DNA of 64,000 nt from an uncultured delta proteobacterium (GCA_963737905.1 CAVTUQ010000002.1:224001-288000), one strand, 5' to 3'; counted from the first letter of the stretch, positions 31,166 through 40,783 are shown. Translations and numbers: made by a program. The notes: generated by a model from the letters alone, not told the origin.

Positions 31166-31392
31166 CCCTCGGGCAGCTAACACGCCGCTCAAACCTGCTG
31201 CGGGTCATTTTTGGGAGAACTCCGGCCTTCCTACGTCACGACTACCCGTCGCCTTTCGCCGTGTAAATCACATTTTTCTTTATCTCTATCCACGTGAGAC
31301 ATAACGCTCTAAATGAGGTGCGCGCTGAATCAAGGGAGAAGGGGCGAGTGTCGAGGGTCGAGTGACAAGTGGATCGAGACAGAGAGGAGCAG

Positions 31393-32379
31393 ATGAAGGA
31401 AAAAATTAGGGTCCTGACGATATGCGCCATGCTCTTTGCGCTTTGCCCGTCCGCCGAGGCGCAGCAGCCGGGAAAAGTCTTTCGCATCGGCATCCTGGAT
31501 CCGACCACTGCTTCCGGTAGTGCCGTCGTTTGGGAAACGTTGCGACAGGAACTCAGCAAGCTTGGATGGATCGAGGGAAAGAATATCGCCATCGAGTACC
31601 GGTTTTCAGAAGGAAAAACTGAGAACCTACCTGAGCTTGCGGCGGACCTGGTTCGGCTAAAGGTTGATCTAATTGTGGTCTCGGGGGGGCCACCGGCGTT
31701 AGCGGCCAAGAGCGCCACCACAACAATCCCCATCGTGATGACGACCTCTGGAGACCCCGTAGCTCAGGGTCTGGTTGCCAGTCTAGGGCGGCCGGGAGGC
31801 AATGTTACCGGGCTGTCGAGTTTAGTGCCTGAGCTAAATAGCAAGAGGCTGGAGATCCTCAATGATGCAGTCCCCAAGCTTGCCCGAGTTGGATTTTTGC
31901 GGCCGTCGAGAAGCGGGTTAGGAGACCTCTCAATGAAGGAGATCAGGCCTGCGGCTCTGGCACTGAAGGTAAAATTGGAGGAGATCGAGACTCAGGTCGA
32001 CGCTAAAGGCTTAGAGAGCGCCTTTCAAACCGCAAAGCAAAAGCAGGTCAACGCGATTATGGTGACCGCCGGTCGCACCATTTTTGGCGAACGAAAGCGG
32101 ATCGTCGAGCTTGCTGGCAAATACCGTTTGCCGGCCATTTACTTCCAGAAGGAGTTTGTCGATGAGGGCGGGCTGATGTCCTACGGGGTGGATTTCGATG
32201 ATCTCTATCGGCGCGCGGCTGTTTACGTGGACAAGATTTTGAAAGGTGCAAAACCGGCTGATTTGCCGGTGCAGCAGGCAACCAAGTTTGAATACGTCAT
32301 TAACCTTCAGGCGGCGAAACAGATCGGTCTGACACTCTCGCCGGAATTTCTCTCGCGGGCGAATCGGGTGATTAAATAG
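31393..32379 (+). CDS. COG2984-type ABC substrate-binding protein (intact)
   Basis: Same motifs as 28019-29011; GAGGAG RBS. Confidence 0.92.
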   Translation: MKEKIRVLTICAMLFALCPSAEAQQPGKVFRIGILDPTTASGSAVVWETLRQELSKLGWIEGKNIAIEYRFSEGKTENLPELAADLVRLKVDLIVVSGGPPALAAKSATTTIPIVMTTSGDPVAQGLVASLGRPGGNVTGLSSLVPELNSKRLEILNDAVPKLARVGFLRPSRSGLGDLSMKEIRPAALALKVKLEEIETQVDAKGLESAFQTAKQKQVNAIMVTAGRTIFGERKRIVELAGKYRLPAIYFQKEFVDEGGLMSYGVDFDDLYRRAAVYVDKILKGAKPADLPVQQATKFEYVINLQAAKQIGLTLSPEFLSRANRVIK

Positions 32380-32579
32380 CCCAAAGGCAATGGGCAACGA
32401 GAATGATGCGGTAGAATACTTTTTTCGAGTGACAAGGGGAGTGTTGGGAGGTCGAAGTCCACTCGATTCGGCACTTTTAAGGAATGTCTGGGGCCTGATA
32501 TATTTGAGTTTGTCGGGCAGAACGTAACGCGACGCAGATACTTCAGTCAGTCGAAATTGAAGTAGAAGGAATCGTAGTC

Positions 32580-32795
32580 ATGGCTAAAGCCGCCAAGCGA
32601 CCAAATGGAAACTACATCGAAGCTGGTTACAAGGATAAAATTGTTTTCAGGCGTAAGAAGTCGCTTAAAGCTAGTCGTACTGTCGTGGCAAGCTGGCGGA
32701 GAAGCCAGGGCCTTTGGGCCGCGCATCCTGTGTTCCAGGGTATGACCGTTCGAGAGGTCGTCGAGTGGCTCAGGGGCGAGGACCGTGGCGTTTAA
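32580..32795 (+). CDS. Putative antitoxin partner of the PIN toxin
   Basis: 71 aa, overlaps the PIN gene start; GLW...EVVEWLRGE C-terminus resembles VapB tails. Confidence 0.6.
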   Translation: MAKAAKRPNGNYIEAGYKDKIVFRRKKSLKASRTVVASWRRSQGLWAAHPVFQGMTVREVVEWLRGEDRGV

Positions 32796-33228
32796 GATTA
32801 GCCGCGATTCAAGCGTCATCATTTCTCACCTGTCAGGCGATATTCACAAAGACGACGTGCTTGCCTGCGTCGATCGGTTAGCATCGAGCAGAGTCGAGGT
32901 ATTCATGTCGCTGGTCTGCTACGCCGAGGTATGGACTGGGATTGAGCTACAAGCCAAAGACAACGCGGCCCGCGCGGCAGTGGAACTACAGCGGTTACTC
33001 CAGGCAAGTGGCATCATGCTAGTTGCCGACAACGTCTCGATTGCTCGGGACGCGGCCAGAGCCCAGGCCGACTACAGACGTCACGGCGGTCGTCGCGAGG
33101 TCTTGATTCCGGATTTTCTAATCGGAGCCAATGCGGCCCACTATTCAGGCCGTTTGCTCACCACCAATCCCCGGGACTTTTTTGGAAATTTTCCTCGGCT
33201 CAAAGTGGTTACGCCAAAACTTTCTTGA
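32785..33228 (+). CDS. PIN-domain (VapC-like) ribonuclease toxin
   Basis: DSSVII, YAEV, LIPDFLIGANA, LLTTNPRDF acidic tetrad. Confidence 0.88.
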   Translation: MAFKISRDSSVIISHLSGDIHKDDVLACVDRLASSRVEVFMSLVCYAEVWTGIELQAKDNAARAAVELQRLLQASGIMLVADNVSIARDAARAQADYRRHGGRREVLIPDFLIGANAAHYSGRLLTTNPRDFFGNFPRLKVVTPKLS

Positions 33229-33267
33229 CCGAAGGCGGTGTTTAAGAATCATCAATTCTTCATAAGA

Positions 33268-33340
33268 CTGAAAACCGTCAAACAGATTGGAGTGACGATT
33301 CCGCCGAATGTATTGGTAAGAGGGGATAAGGTCATTAAAC
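33268..33340 (+). pseudogene. 3'-terminal remnant of another COG2984 gene
   Basis: Translates LKTVKQIGVTIPPNVLVRGDKVIK. Confidence 0.8.
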
Positions 33341-33504
33341 AATTTTGGATTGGGCTTGGGGCGACAAAAACATGACCAAAACATTTTCGAGCCGACTTCC
33401 GGCCTCTTCGTCCGACAATCGGAAATCTATGAATCGTAAAATCAATTTTCCCGCCAACGGCTTTCTCACTTCTCACTGATGCTCTCGCGTCCGCGTCTCA
33501 CGGC

Positions 33505-33785
33505 CATCTGTAGGCACGCTGAGTAGCGATATTGCTTGCCGGGGATTTTGTTATTCGGCGCCGTCATAGAATTTACCGAGACGTCGCGGGGATCGCTTCG
33601 AGTTGTGATCTAAGGTAGCGGCGTATCTCCGGTTATCCCGGATGAAGGCACGAATCATCTACTATTGAATCGAGAAGTGGGTGCCTCATAAGCGGTGCCA
33701 GTTCCATCGAGCTGCGCTTCAGGTTCAAAGCGAACCACCATAACGCCTGCGTTTAGCAGTTCGTCGGTATCAAATCCGGGGCATG
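33505..33785 (+). repeat. Diverged direct repeat of 36380-36660
   Basis: Shared blocks CCCGGATGAAGGC.CGAATCATC, CCATCGAGCTG.GCTTCAGGTTCAAAGCGAA, CAGTTCGTC.GTATCAAATCC.GGGCAT. Confidence 0.85.
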
Positions 33786-33960
33786 TAGGACCGCTCCAAC
33801 AGTTCAGGCCGTTCTAGTGCGTTCAATTGATCTCGATTCCCGGATCATCAAGCTGACCGTCTAGTTTTGCTTTCTTTTTGGTTTATTTTTTCCCGCGCTC
33901 CCGCGGTTTGACGCCGCCTCTGATCATCTGATATCGAGGCGACAAAAGGAGGTAGAAAAT

Positions 33961-35001
33961 ATGGCTCGGACAGAACAAGGCCTAGGGAGCCGGCAAAGAC
34001 AACGTCGGATTTGGCTTGCTGTTATTTTTACCTTCTTTGCTTTTCCACTCTCCGGCGCCGCGCAGGTCGACGGAAAACCGGAAAAAAGCGACTTTACGAT
34101 CTCCTATACCCAGGCGAGCGGCGCATTCACTCCGTTGTGGGTCGCACAGGAAGCCGGTATTTTTAAAAAACACGGTCTCGATGTAACCTTAAAGCTTCTC
34201 AACTCACAAGTCGCAGCCCAAGCACTGATCGCCGGCGAGGTCGATGTGATTTCGGTGGGTCCGGAGTTTGTCAATGCGCGGCTGAAAGGGGTTCCGGTCA
34301 AATACATCGGTGCCACCTTGCAACGATTTATCTTTCAACTGTGGGGAGCTAAGGGTACCAATACAGTTGCCGACCTCAAGGGCAAGACCGTCGCCGTGAC
34401 AACTCCCCGGACCTCGACTGAAATCGCCACACGCGAGGCGCTCAAGAAAACCGGTGTCATCTCGGATAAAGATGTGAGTTTCATCTACGTGCAAACCATT
34501 CCCGCCGTCCTGGGTGCGGTGCTGGGCGGTAAGACCTCCGCCGGGACCCTGTCTGCGCCGAACACACTGAAGGCGCGCGACGCCGGGCTCAATCTTTTGG
34601 TGGACATCGCCCAAGTGAACGTACCGGGCCTTCATCTCGCTTACGGCACTACCGAAAGGGTCATCAAAACCAACCCGAACTCGCTTTATGCGTTTCTCAA
34701 GGCCATCGCGGAAGCCACGGTCCTGTCGAAACAGAATCCTTCTGTGGCCAGGAAGGCGATCGCTAAATACACCAACACGGACGACTCCAAGATGATCGAC
34801 GGTACCTATGACCAATTCTCGCCCTATTGGGACGCGAACCTCGCCGTTCAGAGCGACCCAATTCAGGGGCAATTGATCTATCTTGACGAAAAAGAGTTTC
34901 CGCGCGCCAAAGATGCTCACCCCTCGGATTTTATCGACAACTCCTTCGCGGAGAGTCTAAAAAGCTCGGGCTTCTTACAGTCCCTGGGTCTGACAAAGTA
35001 G
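33961..35001 (+). CDS. NitT/TauT-family substrate-binding protein
   Basis: AGGAGG RBS, signal peptide, PLWVAQEAGIFKKHGLD, DLKGKTVAV, FIDNSF. Confidence 0.9.
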   Translation: MARTEQGLGSRQRQRRIWLAVIFTFFAFPLSGAAQVDGKPEKSDFTISYTQASGAFTPLWVAQEAGIFKKHGLDVTLKLLNSQVAAQALIAGEVDVISVGPEFVNARLKGVPVKYIGATLQRFIFQLWGAKGTNTVADLKGKTVAVTTPRTSTEIATREALKKTGVISDKDVSFIYVQTIPAVLGAVLGGKTSAGTLSAPNTLKARDAGLNLLVDIAQVNVPGLHLAYGTTERVIKTNPNSLYAFLKAIAEATVLSKQNPSVARKAIAKYTNTDDSKMIDGTYDQFSPYWDANLAVQSDPIQGQLIYLDEKEFPRAKDAHPSDFIDNSFAESLKSSGFLQSLGLTK

Positions 35002-35220
35002 CGAAACCCACATTCGCTTTTATGCAATTCATGGTCTGGCGCTCTCAACTGGAGTGGCCGTTTCCGCTCCAGCGTTTTGATTCGAGACTGCCGATTAAGC
35101 AGAAAACTGCATTCATGCGTATTTGACAATTCGAGAAGGAGTACGAGAGAAGCAGGTATCCACCGTAGGACGGTGAGAATCGCAAGACTTGCGAAATTTT
35201 GAATTTGAGGAAAACGAACC

Positions 35221-36231
35221 ATGATTATCGATATACACGGTCACGTTTCGGCTCCAACCGAATTATGGGCATACAAGGCGAACTTACTCTCGGCCCGCGG
35301 CGCTCACGGGCGTGGGGGCGTCAACGTATCGGATGACGACATCCGTGCTGCGGCCAATCGCAAAGAAAACTGGGCGAAGGGCCATCTGGATTACATGCGC
35401 GACCACGGCACGGACGTCCAGCTCATTTCCCCCCGGCCGTTTCAATTAATGCAGTCGGAAAAGCCGGCGAAGCTCGTCCACTGGTTCACCGAGGAATGCA
35501 ACAACATCATCCACCGCCAGATGAAACTTTTCCCCGGCAAGTGGATCGGCGTCTGCGCCCTGCCGCAAACGGCAGGCGATCCGATTCAGAATGCGATTCC
35601 CGAGCTCGAACGTTGCGTGAAGCAGCTAGGTTTTGTCGGTTGCCTTTTGAATCCGGATCCCTACGAAAACAGCGGCACCGAAGCACCGCCGCTCGGCGAC
35701 CGCTACTGGTATCCGCTCTATGAAAAGCTCTGCGAGTTGGACGTACCGGCGCATATTCACGGCACGGGCTCGCGCTCGGAACGGAGTCCGTATTCCGTAC
35801 ACTTCATCAATGAAGAATCCATCGCCGTATTCGGCCTGGTCAACTCGAACGTGTTCAACGATTTTCCCAATCTTAAAATCGTCATCAGTCACGGCGGCGG
35901 CGCGATTCCCTATCAGCTAGGCCGTTTTGAAGCGCCGTCACTCCGTCGTGGAACCGGCGGACGATTTTCGGATGGCATGCGCAAGCTCTACTACGATACC
36001 GTGCTGTATACCGAAGACGCGTTGCGTCTCCTGATCAAGACCGTCGGCATTGACCGATGCCTATTCGGCACCGAGTGCCCCGGCGTGGGGTCTTCCGTCG
36101 ATCCGGCGACCGGCCGTTCCATGGACAACGTAAAACCGATGATCGAGAGCATCGAGTGGCTGAGCGCGTCGGATCGCAAGAAAATTTTCGAAGACAACGC
36201 TAGGGCGGTGTTTAAACTGATGATTGAATGA
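35221..36231 (+). CDS. Amidohydrolase_2 protein, LigJ (4-oxalomesaconate hydratase)-like
   Basis: MIIDIHGH, QLISPRP, LNPDP, PPLGDRYWYPLYEK, SHGGGAIPYQ, LFGTE. Confidence 0.85.
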   Translation: MIIDIHGHVSAPTELWAYKANLLSARGAHGRGGVNVSDDDIRAAANRKENWAKGHLDYMRDHGTDVQLISPRPFQLMQSEKPAKLVHWFTEECNNIIHRQMKLFPGKWIGVCALPQTAGDPIQNAIPELERCVKQLGFVGCLLNPDPYENSGTEAPPLGDRYWYPLYEKLCELDVPAHIHGTGSRSERSPYSVHFINEESIAVFGLVNSNVFNDFPNLKIVISHGGGAIPYQLGRFEAPSLRRGTGGRFSDGMRKLYYDTVLYTEDALRLLIKTVGIDRCLFGTECPGVGSSVDPATGRSMDNVKPMIESIEWLSASDRKKIFEDNARAVFKLMIE

Positions 36232-36252
36232 GAGTGCGGGCACCGCTTGGGG

Positions 36253-36329
36253 GTTCAAATCGTTCAAGCAGTTCAAGCGTTCAGATCCTCGGGCCGTTCA
36301 AGTTCAAGGTTCAAAGTTCAAAGTGTTCA
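36253..36329 (+). repeat. GTTCAA-core degenerate tandem repeats
   Basis: About eight GTTCA(A) units at 6-9 bp spacing after the amidohydrolase stop. Confidence 0.7.
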
Positions 36330-36530
36330 TCGAGACTTGGATTCACAGATTATCGATATATCGGCTGTCGTCGAGGGCCATCTTTAGGCATGCCAAGTCG
36401 GGATATTGTTTGCCGAAGATCTGTGGTTTGGTGGCGTCATAGGATTTACCGGGACGTCGCGGCAATCGCTTAGAGTTTTGGTCTGACGTGACGAGGATGA
36501 TCTACGAGTTACCCCGGATGAAGGCGCGAA

Positions 36531-36821
36531 TCATCGTGTTTCGAATCGAGAAGTTGGTGCTTCATGATCGGTGCCTGTGCCATCGAGCTGTGCTTCAGGT
36601 TCAAAGCGAAACACCGTAATGCCTGCTTTGGTCAGTTCGTCAGTATCAAATCCTGGGCATTTCTGAATCGTAATGGTTTTTTCTGCAAAATTGCCGCGAC
36701 TTTCGGTGTTCACCAGTGCTTGAATCTGCTCGGGCGAAGGCTCCTGGTTGTGTTCGGCAAAGAAACTTTTTCTCGATTTGGAGCTGGCATGTTTTTTCCT
36801 GTAGCTGACTAAAAAAAGCAT
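36531..36821 (-). CDS. Hypothetical protein (96 aa)
   Basis: AAGGAGGTGA RBS before ATG 36821; a decayed copy of its 3' half lies at 33650-33785. Confidence 0.6.
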   Translation of the reverse strand: MLFLVSYRKKHASSKSRKSFFAEHNQEPSPEQIQALVNTESRGNFAEKTITIQKCPGFDTDELTKAGITVFRFEPEAQLDGTGTDHEAPTSRFETR

Positions 36822-37156
36822 GCAGATCACCTCCTTAGGGTTGCGCTGAGGACTCAAGCCTAGCTTTGTGCGCGCGGATTTTTGCGGAGCAAGGGCAGTG
36901 CCAGGATGCCTGCGACAGGACAAATTAGGACACCATGATTTGATCGATGACAGCGTTTCCACCCAAAGCATCGAGCTTGGTTTTGTTTCGTCCACGAGAG
37001 GTTCACCAGAAAACAAATGTGCTGACTGGGCTCGGAGTTCGTATGGGCGAAGGGCGAGAGAGTGGAACCGCTGACGGGCACTTCTAAGGTCAGGGCGGAG
37101 ATTGTCCTCCTTTGGTTCCTCTATGCTAGATTGAAACCAATGAAAGGAATTTGGTC

Positions 37157-37906
37157 ATGACGAATCAAAACTTTTCGAAGCGGACTCCTCGCTATATCGT
37201 TGGAATGATCGCCCTCCTTCTTGTGTTAGCAACATCGACCGGGGCAGTCTTCGGTCAGCCGGCGACCGGCGCGTCCGGAGTAAGGATTGGGATCATCGGA
37301 TCCGGCAACTTAGGCGGCACGTTGGGAACGCTGTGGGTCAAGAGCGGCCATCCGGTGATGTTCTCTTCCCGGCATCCAGAGGAACTCAAAAAATTAGCCG
37401 ACAGTCTGGGACCCTTGGCGCGTGCCGGTACGGTGCGCGAAGCCCTGGCGTTCGGCGACGTTATCTTCCTCGCCGTGCCCTATGCAGCCTATCCGCAGAT
37501 CGGCAAGGATTATGCGCAGGAGTTCAAAGGCAAGATTGTTATCGATGCCGGCAACGCGGTTCCAGCGCGTGATGGCGAGATCGCAAAGGAAGCGCGTGAG
37601 AATGGAATCGGCGCTACGTCAGCGAAGTACTTGGCAGGAGCGCGGATCGTCCGCGCGTTCAACACACTCAACTATCGGCGGCTTGCCAACGCCTCCAATC
37701 GCCCGGAAGCCCGCATTGGCATTCCCATGGCAGGTGATGACAAGGATGCATTGGCGATCGCGTCGACCTTAGTGCGAGATGCTGGATTCGATCCGGTGAT
37801 CATCGGCCCGCTCGAACGGGCAAAAGACTTTGCCCAAGGAGCGCCTTTGTACGGACAAGAGATCACGGCCCAGGAGATGCAACAGCGCGCGAAATCGCTC
37901 CGATGA
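37157..37906 (+). CDS. NADP oxidoreductase, F420_oxidored/COG2085 family, with N-terminal signal-like segment
   Basis: IGIIGSGNLGG, FLAVPY, VIDAGN, IVRAFNT, AGDD, GFDPV. Confidence 0.88.
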   Translation: MTNQNFSKRTPRYIVGMIALLLVLATSTGAVFGQPATGASGVRIGIIGSGNLGGTLGTLWVKSGHPVMFSSRHPEELKKLADSLGPLARAGTVREALAFGDVIFLAVPYAAYPQIGKDYAQEFKGKIVIDAGNAVPARDGEIAKEARENGIGATSAKYLAGARIVRAFNTLNYRRLANASNRPEARIGIPMAGDDKDALAIASTLVRDAGFDPVIIGPLERAKDFAQGAPLYGQEITAQEMQQRAKSLR

Positions 37907-38105
37907 GGCCCTATTCTAAATAAATGGAACTTCAGGCATTCCTGTGAATAGACTCGGAGATTGCACCGCGAAGGCGCGGAGTAAAGAGTTCTTGATTAAA
38001 CAATTTCCGATCTCTGCGAACTCGGCGGCTCTGTGGTGAATACTTCTTCACAGAAAACCCGGAATAACCAAATAAATAATAGCCGCCTGCGCGCCACTCC
38101 GTGAA

Positions 38106-39212
38106 TTAGTTAGCCTCTGCCTGCGGTTCAGCTCTTGGGTAATTCAACGCGTCGATTTCGAACTTTTTTAGTTCCGGCATGACCTGATCCGTAAAGAGGC
38201 GGAGTGAGTTCATCACTTTCGAATGTTCTAACGCGCCAAAGGCAAATTCACCCAAGAACGTATCGGCACCGGCCTGCAAAGCGATCTTCCGGATCTGCCG
38301 GGTCACGGTCTCAGCCGAGCCGCAGATAAAGGAGCCGTCCGTAATCGAATGGTCGATATCCAGAAGTTCTTTCTTGCGCTCGCCATCGAGTATCGTCGTG
38401 AGATTCTCATGCCCGTACCCGCCGTAGGCTCGGCCACCACCGCGTCGCTGCCAAAAATGGACCCAGTGATCTTTAGCTTCATCGCGGGCTTGCTTGTCGC
38501 TCTCCGCGACATAGACTTCTCGCATCAGTCCGATATGGGGTTTTCCGCCTGACGGCTGGGCGCCTTTGTAAGCATCCCGATAATGGTCGAACGCGGCTCG
38601 AATGACTTTCATCCTTGGCGGCACCCACTGGATCGTACTTACGCCTAAGGACGCGGCCTCCTCGAGGGATTCCCGGCTTCGTGTCGGCATCCAGAGCGGG
38701 GGATGGGGTTTCTGTACCAGCGGAATGCCCAATTCGACATTTTTGCATTTAAAGTATTCACCTTCGTAACTGTAGGATGCGTTAGCCCAGATTCCCTTTA
38801 TCATGCGCAACGCCTCCCAGGCCATTTTTCGTTTTTCGTCCCAAGGCACGACATAGGCGGCGAAGGTGAAAGGCCCTACTCCGGCGCCGAACCCGCACTC
38901 CAAACGCCCTTGAGTCAGGTTATCGAGCAGGGCCACTTCTTCAGCGACCCGGATGGGGTTCCACAATGGCAGGACGTAAACGAGAGGGCCCAAGCGAATT
39001 TTCTTTGTCCGCTGCGAAGCGGCGCCGAGAAACGTCCCGGGACTCGGACACTCGGAGAAGCCCAGGTCAAAGTGATGTTCCGCGACAAAATAAAAGTCCA
39101 GGCCGGCTTGATCGGCGAATTCCAGCGTTTCCAGATGACTTGCGTAAATGTCCGCATAGGAGCGTTCCGGTTTGTCGTTCTTCTGCATGTGGTCAAAGAT
39201 TCCAAGCTTCAT
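38106..39212 (-). CDS. LLM-class (luciferase-like) flavin-dependent oxidoreductase
   Basis: MKLGIFD, VAEHHF, RTKKIRLG, PIRVAEEVALLDNLTQGRLECGFGAG, QKPHPPLW. Confidence 0.92.
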   Translation of the reverse strand: MKLGIFDHMQKNDKPERSYADIYASHLETLEFADQAGLDFYFVAEHHFDLGFSECPSPGTFLGAASQRTKKIRLGPLVYVLPLWNPIRVAEEVALLDNLTQGRLECGFGAGVGPFTFAAYVVPWDEKRKMAWEALRMIKGIWANASYSYEGEYFKCKNVELGIPLVQKPHPPLWMPTRSRESLEEAASLGVSTIQWVPPRMKVIRAAFDHYRDAYKGAQPSGGKPHIGLMREVYVAESDKQARDEAKDHWVHFWQRRGGGRAYGGYGHENLTTILDGERKKELLDIDHSITDGSFICGSAETVTRQIRKIALQAGADTFLGEFAFGALEHSKVMNSLRLFTDQVMPELKKFEIDALNYPRAEPQAEAN

Positions 39213-39224
39213 GGTCGATATCCT

Positions 39225-40217
39225 TCATTTTATCGGCGAGACTTCTTTCTGAATTTCCTGCAACAGGGAGTTGTCGTACATCTTTTCTAACGCAAGCTTT
39301 TTGACCTCGGCGGTTCCTTCTCCGCGAAAATCAACGATCGAGACCAGGCCCTTGAGCGAAACCCAGGGGATGCGTTGCGCATACTCTTTCACGTTTTCCT
39401 TATAAGTCGCGTCCAAGATTTCCGGGTCCGTGGTGCGCGTGTATTTGGCCACTGCTCTTTTGGCGATCTGGGGTTCCTGAATCGCCAGGTCGTAGGCAGC
39501 AATGGTTGCCTTTAGCATCCTTTTTAGCTCTTCTCGTTTGGCGCGGAGCTGAGCTCGCTTGACGATGAAACAGCCGTAGTCGAATGGCAGCCCGATAGTT
39601 TCAGTCGTCATCAACTCTCTAAACCCTAGTTGCTTGGCATTCAAGGAAAGCGGGAGTGATATCGAACCGCCCTGAACCAGGTTTTTTTGCATAGCGGCGA
39701 TGATCTCCTGGGTTCCGCCGACTTGCAAAATAGCCACATCTTTGACGGGCTGGAGCCGGTTTTTTCTCAACAGGTAGCGCGCGACAAAGTCCGAGAACGA
39801 GCCGAAGCGTGATACCCCAACTGCTTTTCCTTTAAGCCCGCTGATGCTGGTGATGGAAGCAGTGGTGAAGAATGATGTTTGTCCCTGATCGTATTGGCAA
39901 CCAATCATGACCAGATCGGCCCCCGCGAGATTGGCATCCACGACGGCACCCGCTGCAGAATACACAACGTCGATGTCCCCGCCGAGCAAGGCCTGAACCG
40001 CCCTCGTACTCGAACCGATGAAGAGGAGTTCCAGCTCTACGCCGTTTTGCTGGTACAAGCCCGCTTCGTGTCCTACCCATAGGATCGTGAAGGTTCCCGC
40101 GAAAGCGGTATAGGCGACACGTAACTTCTCCGCGAATGCCGCCTCGGTGCGCGTGAGGGTGATTCCGATAAGGAAAAGCAGCGTGACCATGGCTCGGGGC
40201 TTTCTGGGATCTCTCAT
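39225..40217 (-). CDS. NitT/TauT-family substrate-binding protein
   Basis: Signal peptide, AVQALLGGDID, LKGKAVGVSRFGSFSD, MYDNSLL. Confidence 0.9.
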   Translation of the reverse strand: MRDPRKPRAMVTLLFLIGITLTRTEAAFAEKLRVAYTAFAGTFTILWVGHEAGLYQQNGVELELLFIGSSTRAVQALLGGDIDVVYSAAGAVVDANLAGADLVMIGCQYDQGQTSFFTTASITSISGLKGKAVGVSRFGSFSDFVARYLLRKNRLQPVKDVAILQVGGTQEIIAAMQKNLVQGGSISLPLSLNAKQLGFRELMTTETIGLPFDYGCFIVKRAQLRAKREELKRMLKATIAAYDLAIQEPQIAKRAVAKYTRTTDPEILDATYKENVKEYAQRIPWVSLKGLVSIVDFRGEGTAEVKKLALEKMYDNSLLQEIQKEVSPIK

Positions 40218-40389
40218 CGCTTACCTCTCGCTCGACTTGGCAGTTCCCGTAAATCATGTTTTTCAACGTCTCTGTCAAGGTTCGCGGCGCGGATTTGAAT
40301 TTGGGAGCGTAATCATTTCCCGCTCGACGATCAGGCAAGATCACGAAGTTCAGTCATACATGTGTTCGCCGTAAATTCTTGAAGGTTGT

Positions 40390-40761
40390 TTAAATCATTT
40401 TTCCGACTACAAAGCCGAGAACTACTGCCAGCATCCCCACTAACAGACTCCCAATGATGTTGCCGAATCCGAGCAGGAAACTGCCGTCTTGCAAGAGCCG
40501 AAGTGACTCATAAGTCAAAGTCGAAAACGTTGTGTACGCACCGCAGAACCCGGTGGCGAAGAACAATCGGTAATTGGGGTGGATAAAGGCTCGATCCTGA
40601 AGGAACGCCATGAAGAAGCCCAAAAGTAGGCTACCGCTGATGTTGATAATAAACGTGCCATAGGGAAAATCCGCTCCCAAACGTTGAGCCGCCCAATTGG
40701 CGACTAAAAAGCGCGCGTTGGCGCCCAGAATTCCTCCAATACCGATCATTAGATACTCCAC
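40390..40761 (-). CDS. crcB: Fluoride efflux channel CrcB/Fluc
   Basis: GGILGANAR, FPYGTFIINISGS, TGFCGAYTTFST. Confidence 0.96.
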   Translation of the reverse strand: MEYLMIGIGGILGANARFLVANWAAQRLGADFPYGTFIINISGSLLLGFFMAFLQDRAFIHPNYRLFFATGFCGAYTTFSTLTYESLRLLQDGSFLLGFGNIIGSLLVGMLAVVLGFVVGKMI

Positions 40762-40783
40762 TCTCTAAGATTCCCCTTTGTCC

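Noticed and set aside
22200-33400. Diversity-generating retroelement or classical integron as explanation of the paralog array
   Set aside because: No reverse transcriptase or tyrosine recombinase in the window, differences are not adenine-specific by eye, and I could not identify attC sites.
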